The position numbers and the translations under genes are program-made. DNA of 63,660 nt, counting the filler, from Licmophora abbreviata (taxonomy: Eukaryota), in the NCBI GenBank assembly GCA_900291995.1. It is 14 parts of 14 records of this genome, joined end to end, with 100 filler letters (N's around TTAATTAATTAA, not from the genome) between each part and the next. Parts side by side here need not be neighbours in the genome. Positions count along the whole stretch, not along the records: positions 54,890 to 59,840 come from OLMU01004293.1; positions 59,941 to 61,960 come from OLMU01004294.1; positions 62,061 to 63,660 come from OLMU01004298.1; 11 more parts are not named here. The stretch is one strand, 5' to 3'. The notes beneath the pieces were generated by a model. The model was not told where the DNA came from. It saw only the letters and a program-made list of their open reading frames with translations, and did not search any database. Shown one piece after another: positions 57,141 to 63,660 of the stretch (positions are counted from its first letter, which is position 1; the number at the start of each line of letters is the position of its first letter).

Positions 57141-57509
57141 CTAGCTGACAATCACAATGGCAATCGAAGTGACCAACACGGCAACGAAGAGAGACTGCTG
57201 TAGCATTGTCGCTGTCCCACTAGTTGAACCGCATCCTCCGTCGTCGCAAAGTGTCCTCCGCTCGCTTCCATTGTTCCGCAGACACTCGCACTTGTACAGC
57301 GTCGCCGTGGTGCCATTCAAGGTGCATTCATTCGTTTTGAAGTCCTCCTTGGGCAGGCCCTCGGCTGTCTGACACGCGTCCTCGCAGATCTCCTTGGATG
57401 TGACGTTTCCGGCGAACTGCCCTTTCGAATAATCCAAACATCCAACGCTATTGACCCAAGGAACTGGACCTGCCAGCAGAACGATCGAAAGGAGCAACAA
57501 GCGGAGCAT
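57141..57509 (-). CDS. Small secreted Cys-rich, probably GPI-anchored protein
   Basis: Signal peptide, 8 Cys, N-glycosylation sequons, GSTSG small-residue site plus hydrophobic C-terminus. Confidence 0.7.
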   Translation of the reverse strand: MLRLLLLSIVLLAGPVPWVNSVGCLDYSKGQFAGNVTSKEICEDACQTAEGLPKEDFKTNECTLNGTTATLYKCECLRNNGSERRTLCDDGGCGSTSGTATMLQQSLFVAVLVTSIAIVIVS

Positions 57510-58159
57510 GATGTCGAACAATAGAGGAAGAGAGAATTGGTACCTGTCCAAGTCTGACAGTCTCCAAAAGAGAGAAGATTAGAAGACTCTTTTCATCTCT
57601 CAATCGGCGCCTTGGAAGAAGATTTCAAGATCTTCAGTTTCGATGTTTGACCGGTGAGCGTTGGAAGATATTGAATCGGTGAGATTCCAAATTCCCTACA
57701 TCAAACAGGACTTTCAACTTCCAACCTGGCGGGAAAAACGACCTTTCTAGTTTCAAGTCACGCTAAGCTTCCATGGCGGAGATGGTAGGTGATACCGGCG
57801 GGACTGCCTTGATGATCGACACTTTGCCACACTTCGGTTTTCCGTGTCATATGGAGCTAGGGCTCGTTCAAAGTTTCCTAGTAGATGCAAGCTGATGAGA
57901 CGGAAATATCGATTTGTCCGGAGCGGTCGGGAGTCGAAAGCTACCAGTTCGTAATATCTAATATCATCGCGTAGCAATCTCAATGACAGGAGGAGCGCAG
58001 GGAGACGAAGTTATCGAAGTAGCCAATTGCCTCATTCCAGCAATTAGTCTCTATGAATTTCGAATTTCCCTTCCTTCTCGCCAACCATAGTGCTCGCGTA
58101 CGCCCCTCGACAATCGCACTGTGCGCACTTTTTTTTCATTGTTCTAGACAACGAAACCA

Positions 58160-59713
58160 TCATATTGACCGAAAGAAATTGTTCCATGCACTGTTTTCCA
58201 GTAATGCATTTGCGTCCACGTTGCAGAATTTCAAGTCGCGACTGGCGGCCGTGAATGCAGTCTCGTGTTGTTTTGAAGCGTCTATCGTCTCGTCTCCTGG
58301 AAACACATGCCGCTCAAAGGCAAGTGACCGATTCAAAATGGCAGCTTCCTCATCAGCGGTGAGACACTCACGCGGTAGACTGGCTGTGTAGTTGGATGAC
58401 TGTTTCGAAAGCACCCTGGCAACCATCATGGACACTTCAAATCTCTTGATTGACTTGCGCAACAATCCATTTTCATGGGCAGCCACCGCGATCAAATCAT
58501 GGTCAAGATTCATCGACGGATTCGGTCGTTTTGGAGAGTGGCCGTCTAGCTTCTTCAGCGTTTCTTTTGTTACATCTGGCATCAACTGGTCGGCGAAATT
58601 TGTTAGGAGCGATCCACTCTGCTGGTGCATGTTGAATATTCGAACATCGTCAAAGCGCTTGCCAAACACTTGTTTTAGGTACTCGACAGCATGCAAGTCG
58701 GCCTTTTCGGCGGCTAGCTGGTAGCCACCAATACCCTGGTCGCTCATTACTCGTCGATAGTAGTCAGGAAATGTCCGCATTGCCATCCCGTGCTTCTCAT
58801 CGGGCCATTTCTGGTAGCGCTCTCGTCTTTGCAGTGGCTTATACTTTTCATTGTACATGCTCAATACCCACTCATAGTAGCGGCGGTAGACAACGACAAC
58901 CACCACCCGAAAGTGCCTCGACAGAGTCGAGTTAAAGAGCTCTAGGTTCGCGTCGGTGGCCCTCAATCTGGAAAACGCCTCGTCCGACATGACAACATTG
59001 CGTCGACTCTTAGCCAGGCTCTCTAACAGTGATTCAAAAGCTTTCCATTCAGATCGCTTGTCGCAAGGCCTCTTTTTAGGATCGTGTCTGTCCAAGCAGC
59101 TCAGTAGTGTGCGTGGAGACATCGTGTAGCGAATGAATGGGTGACTCTGACTAGCGAAACACTCGCCATAGACTCGTCCCAGGTACTCGTATGCATTCTT
59201 GCTGTTGTGAAGGATTTCCTTTAAATAAGTCAGTTCGCACTGAATGGTCGAAGTGGCCGTCTTGTGTGGTCCAATGTGCAGCAAGAACAAGGGGCGTCGG
59301 GAGTGATGGTCAATGGTCAGAGATGGTGACGCCGCAGCAGTGTCAGTATTGTTCTGTACGTCTTGTTTCACCGCAATCTCTTTGGAAGACTTTGGAACTT
59401 TTGTTGGATTGGATTCTTCTTGCGACGACACTGAATCCCTCGGTTTCTTCTCTTGCGCAGCTGCTGAACTGAGGATGGTAAAGTTGTGACTGGTGGTAGA
59501 TGTCTTTGGTACTTTTATTCGACCGGTTTGTTGCGATACCTCTGTATCATTTGATTTCTCCTCTTGGGCTGAATCGAGGATTGTAAAGTTCTTACTGGTG
59601 GTAGAGGACAGGACGCTTTCCGGCGTCAGTCGTCGCTGCCACGACGTGATCGATACCAGCGACAGCGCAGCAGCGAGTATTCCCAAGACGCACCAATAGA
59701 ATCTATTGCTCAT
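58160..59713 (-). CDS. Type II membrane protein with sulfotransferase-like P-loop domain
   Basis: N-terminal TM, Ser/Thr-rich stem, LHIGPHKTATSTIQ, VVMSDEAF, VVVYRRYYEWVLSMYNE. Confidence 0.75.
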   Translation of the reverse strand: MSNRFYWCVLGILAAALSLVSITSWQRRLTPESVLSSTTSKNFTILDSAQEEKSNDTEVSQQTGRIKVPKTSTTSHNFTILSSAAAQEKKPRDSVSSQEESNPTKVPKSSKEIAVKQDVQNNTDTAAASPSLTIDHHSRRPLFLLHIGPHKTATSTIQCELTYLKEILHNSKNAYEYLGRVYGECFASQSHPFIRYTMSPRTLLSCLDRHDPKKRPCDKRSEWKAFESLLESLAKSRRNVVMSDEAFSRLRATDANLELFNSTLSRHFRVVVVVVYRRYYEWVLSMYNEKYKPLQRRERYQKWPDEKHGMAMRTFPDYYRRVMSDQGIGGYQLAAEKADLHAVEYLKQVFGKRFDDVRIFNMHQQSGSLLTNFADQLMPDVTKETLKKLDGHSPKRPNPSMNLDHDLIAVAAHENGLLRKSIKRFEVSMMVARVLSKQSSNYTASLPRECLTADEEAAILNRSLAFERHVFPGDETIDASKQHETAFTAASRDLKFCNVDANALLENSAWNNFFRSI

Positions 59714-59940
59714 TCTGATGTATGTGTGATTCCATGGTACCTGGTACGCAGCTCGGCGACCAACATGGCCCACGCGTCCGTCTCAAGTTTTCAGTTTTCA
59801 TCCATTTCGAGTTCATGGTCGATGAGGTCATGTTTGAGTCNNNNNNNNNNNNNNNNNNNNNNNNNNNNNNNNNNNNNNNNNNNNTTAATTAATTAANNNN
59901 NNNNNNNNNNNNNNNNNNNNNNNNNNNNNNNNNNNNNNNN

Positions 59941-60384
59941 AACAGCGATGCTTCGACCATCGACATCAGCTCGAACAACGGTGCCAAGAAGATTCGTTTG
60001 ATCGATAATGACTTCAATGGTATGTTGGCCTGCACAACTCAGCCACCTGCACCCATCCCAGATATCACCATCTCTATCCAGTCCCTGAACATGGCATCTG
60101 GGGGATTCGTCCTTCCTGCCAACCAATTTGCTTCAATCGAGGATGATGATGAAATCACTGTTTTTGGTCCTGACTTCACTTGTGAGAGCGCCGCACCGTG
60201 TGCCGTGACGCTTCCGGGAGGAATCTGTTACACCCTCCTCTATACCATCCTTCAGGCGCCCTCGGATTACCAGATCACTGTCTCCGTGGACAGTGGTAGC
60301 CCTCAGGTCCTTACTCCCTTCAATGTGGATGCGCTCAACAGCGTTGAGGAATACTCCTTCGAGTTCGGTGCTTGTACCTCCTAA
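59941..60384 (+). CDS. 3' fragment of an acidic, beta-rich (probably extracellular) protein
   Basis: Frame open from the linker to the stop at 60384; beta-strand pattern with paired Cys. Confidence 0.55.
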   Translation, partial: NSDASTIDISSNNGAKKIRLIDNDFNGMLACTTQPPAPIPDITISIQSLNMASGGFVLPANQFASIEDDDEITVFGPDFTCESAAPCAVTLPGGICYTLLYTILQAPSDYQITVSVDSGSPQVLTPFNVDALNSVEEYSFEFGACTS

Positions 60385-61751
60385 ACACGTTGAACACGCA
60401 CGAGTGACAATGAGCGGAGACGACCAGTTTTTTCTCCAACAAGCGTTCCTGGCTCGCAAGGTAGTGTGCACTTGCGTTTTTAGCTTGTACATGTAAAAGG
60501 AGACTTTTAGTAATGCCAGTTATTTTGTTATCTAGGAGAGTTCTTGGTATATTTTCCTTCCTGTCGAAAGTTCACATAGACTCCCATTTTGCGAAGAGCG
60601 AGGTTCGGCCAAGTACCGGTACCAGCAAGATCATGACAACATCCAGCAGACATGTCATCCATCAGCCTATAGACTTCTTGGGTGATGAAATGCCAGAGTG
60701 GGGCTGCTACTCAATTTCGCGTTTCTTTGTGCAAGAGCCATGTTGTCATTGGCCGGCAGTAGAGCTATCTGACCGCAACAGCCATATGTATCGAAACCAA
60801 ACAGGAGCTATCACATGCCTCTCATTGTTGCAGCAAGAAATCACTCTGCGGTTGTGTGGAAGTAGGTATCATACCTCCTAGTCGCTGTATCGTACTGACG
60901 TTCACTCTAACCCATCTGTTGCGATGTCACGCGGCGTCGTCAGGCTGGCGCGCGCGGATGAGGCGAGGACGACCAGATCTGTTGGTCGCACAGCGAACGC
61001 GCGGCGGTATCTCATCGGTTCCTGTACCATCATGATGGTTCCCACCGGCCTTTGTCCTTCGTTGTTCCATTCTCCCCCCTTGTATCATTCATAGTAGTAC
61101 CGGCTCCCCGAACTGTCCCCGCCCTTCTTTGCATCACAGCAGTAGAGCCCGAAAAGCTGAGTTTTCCCGCTTGTACTTAGCCATGACAACGGCTACCAAC
61201 CCTCTCGAAGCTCGAACTTCTGCATCGGGACAAAGGTTTCACTGTCCAGTCTTTGTGCAGCTGGGATGAATTTCGTGCTGGATTTTTGGTAACGAAACGC
61301 GACTCATCCGTCTAGTGATTTCCCCGACATGCCATTTCATTCATTGCGAAATAGTGAGATGAAACTTCTGAATTACCATAGCGCTTGTGGCAGTTACGGC
61401 CTCTTCTTGGGCTTGACCCTGGGGTGACGACGCTTTAGAACTGCCGCTCATGTGAGACCTGACGAGCCTTGCAGTTATCCAAGAATTCAGTTGGGAACAA
61501 TAGGCGCTGTTCGCTGCTTTAGAAGGTTCTAAATGCCGGCAATCCGGTGACGATGACCGCGGTCATTTTTGTTCAGGCATATTTTGAGTTTGGTCATTCG
61601 GTCCAGCAACCTTTTCACACGCCCCAATGAATGAACCAGAGCGCAAAAGACGTCTCCGCTAGCAGAGAGGCGAGAACGGAGAGGGCAATCGTGCCAACGA
61701 TCACGGAATAGTCGCTTACGCTATCCGGCGACGAAATAGCACCAAGCAACC

Positions 61752-61960
61752 ATGAAGATTCACCCCCTTTTGGTCACGCTGTTTCTAGCGGGAGTTTCGC
61801 GCACCTATGGCGTGTTCAAGTGCTCTGGTACCATCACTGTCGCTTCCACTGCGGGAGGGGTCCTGGATGACGACGTTAGGGTCGTGGGAGGCGCTGACTG
61901 CAAAATCGAACCAGGCGTGACTATCAATGGAAATATTAAAGTGAAACGAGGTGCATCCCT
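61752..61960 (+). CDS. 5' fragment of a secreted beta-helix-like protein
   Basis: Signal peptide MKIHPLLVTLFLAG, then C.G.I…DDVRV.GGADC.I..GVTINGNIKV..GA; cut by the linker. Confidence 0.6.
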
Positions 61961-62060
61961 NNNNNNNNNNNNNNNNNNNNNNNNNNNNNNNNNNNNNNNN
62001 NNNNTTAATTAATTAANNNNNNNNNNNNNNNNNNNNNNNNNNNNNNNNNNNNNNNNNNNN

Positions 62061-63660
62061 GTTGCTTGTTGGATCAGAAGTAGGTGATCCCGTTGGTTCA
62101 GACGTTGGCGAGCCTGTTGGATCGGACGTAGGTGAGCCCGTTGGCACGGTCGTAGGCGAGATTGTTGGGACTGTAGTTGGTGACGTTGTTGGAGACAGCG
62201 CGCTCGCGGGTGCCGCATCACGGTCAGAAACGCTTTCACCCTCGTCGTCTTGTCCGGCAGCAAGGACCTCACCCATTGCACTCTCTGGGTCTGCGAACTC
62301 TTCAAATACACACGTAAAAATCTCGCCAGGGAGGATGACCTGGGGTAGTGTGCAGTTCCCTTTTCCGTTGAGGGGGCCAAATTCGCTGTCGGTCAGGACG
62401 TCAATGGTTACAGGGTCATTTGGACCAGAAGTATTGATCACCGACACAGTGAAAGTCGTGTCCGCTCCCTCCCTAGGAATGAATTCCTCTTCGATTGTCT
62501 TGACGACCTTGATTCCAGGAGCTGCGTTTCCAATCGTAACAGTTGCATCATCCGAATCCATTGCTGAGTTATTCTCGTCGTCTTGGCCAACGGCAGTCAC
62601 GGGGCTAGTTTCCGTCGTTCCCGCGTCACCAGAAATGAACACGTCAAACGTGCAGAGATAGGGCTCCCCAGGCGCGAGAATTTGGGGCACTTCACATGTA
62701 CTCTGGAGAGATCCATCAGTTAGATCACCATACTCGCCGTCTACGATACTGTTCACTGTCACTGGATCAGTTCCTACCGACTTGTTGGTGATCGTCACTG
62801 AAAATCGGACAGTTTCGCCTCCCTCTTCAACAAAGGTAGTGCTTGGGATTTTGACGACTTCGATTTCGGGGAGTATGTCCATAAGCAAACCACCTGTACC
62901 CAGAACTGGGTATCCCTCGTCGTCGGAGCCTGATGCAGTTGTTACACTCTCCTCGGTGTTTCTGGGGTCCCCGTCTACGAAGGCAATATACTGACATGTG
63001 TAAGCTTCTCCAGGTTCGATGGTTTGAGGTATGCTGCACGTTCCACGATTATTGAGGTCCCCATGGACGCTGTCTGCGAGTCGATCGATTGTAACTGGAT
63101 CGTTTTCGCTCGACTCGTTGCGTATGGTTACGTTAAACGTAACGAGCTCGCCGGTTACAGGGACAGAATTCTTGTCAGCCGTCTTGGTTACAGCGATCTC
63201 TGGAGGATCATTGATGATTTCCACAGTCTCGTCATCAGCCCCTGCAACAGGAGTGTCGTCTTGGTCTCTGCCGGCAACAAAGAGGACCCCGGTGACGAGG
63301 TCGCCAGCTTGACCATCAACAAAGTCTGTGAAAGTACATTGGTACGTGCCTCCGGGAAGTAGAGTGATGGGCACATTGCATGTTCCTTCTCTGCTGCTCA
63401 GATCTCCTGATATTGTGTCGTCAAGACTTTCGATGGTGAGAATCTTGTCCGGGGAGATGTTTCGGAGTTGTACGTTGAACAGGACATCCTCGCCGTCTTC
63501 GAGCACAGAAGCCTTAGTAGCATCCTTTGATACCACAAGATACGGCGTGTCGTCGAAAACATTGAAGTCACTGCCAATGACCGGCTGCCCAAACTGATCC
63601 TCGCCTGTAGCCCACCAGTAGTAGGGAGATACAGGATCCACAATCATGGATACATAGGTG
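62061..63660 (-). CDS. Cell-surface protein with four ~115-aa bacterial-type Ig-like repeats (DUF11/DUF7507-like) and PT-repeat stalk; both ends missing
   Basis: Unit P.I.V.K…V…GE.V.F.V.I.N.S…DPVTI..L.D…GDL…C..PQ.I.PGE.Y.C.F…A.G.DDEG, then tandem PT(G/S/T)(S/D/E/V) repeats. Confidence 0.8.

Noticed and set aside
1..63660. Prokaryotic operon or defence system, rRNA or tRNA genes
   Set aside because: Spliceosomal introns and eukaryote-specific genes occur throughout; no structured RNA gene was recognised by eye (tRNAscan-SE and Infernal were not run).

Overview
Gene-dense eukaryotic nuclear DNA, most likely a (pennate) diatom scaffold. Evidence: short ~90-170 bp GT-AG introns, several signal-peptide plus ASAF-type bipartite plastid presequences, a diatom-type nitrate reductase and SLC4 transporters. 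Thirteen identical 100-bp artificial linkers (44 N + TTAATTAATTAA + 44 N) join the contigs. At least four linkers fall inside genes, and two have short end-overlaps that rejoin the reading frame. I can support about 33 protein-coding loci and saw no rRNA, tRNA, CRISPR or recognisable transposon. Most interesting: (1) an XRN-family 5'-3' exoribonuclease with an apparent plastid-targeting presequence; (2) nitrate reductase linked to the Mo-cofactor gene CNX2/MOCS1A, with a small plastid membrane-protein gene between them that is divergent from NR; (3) several cell-surface proteins with bacterial-type repeats; (4) a repeated non-coding palindrome GTACCGGTAC; (5) a SWIRM-less LSD1-like oxidase with RRSxR motifs. 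All family calls come from motif recognition by eye; no database search was run.
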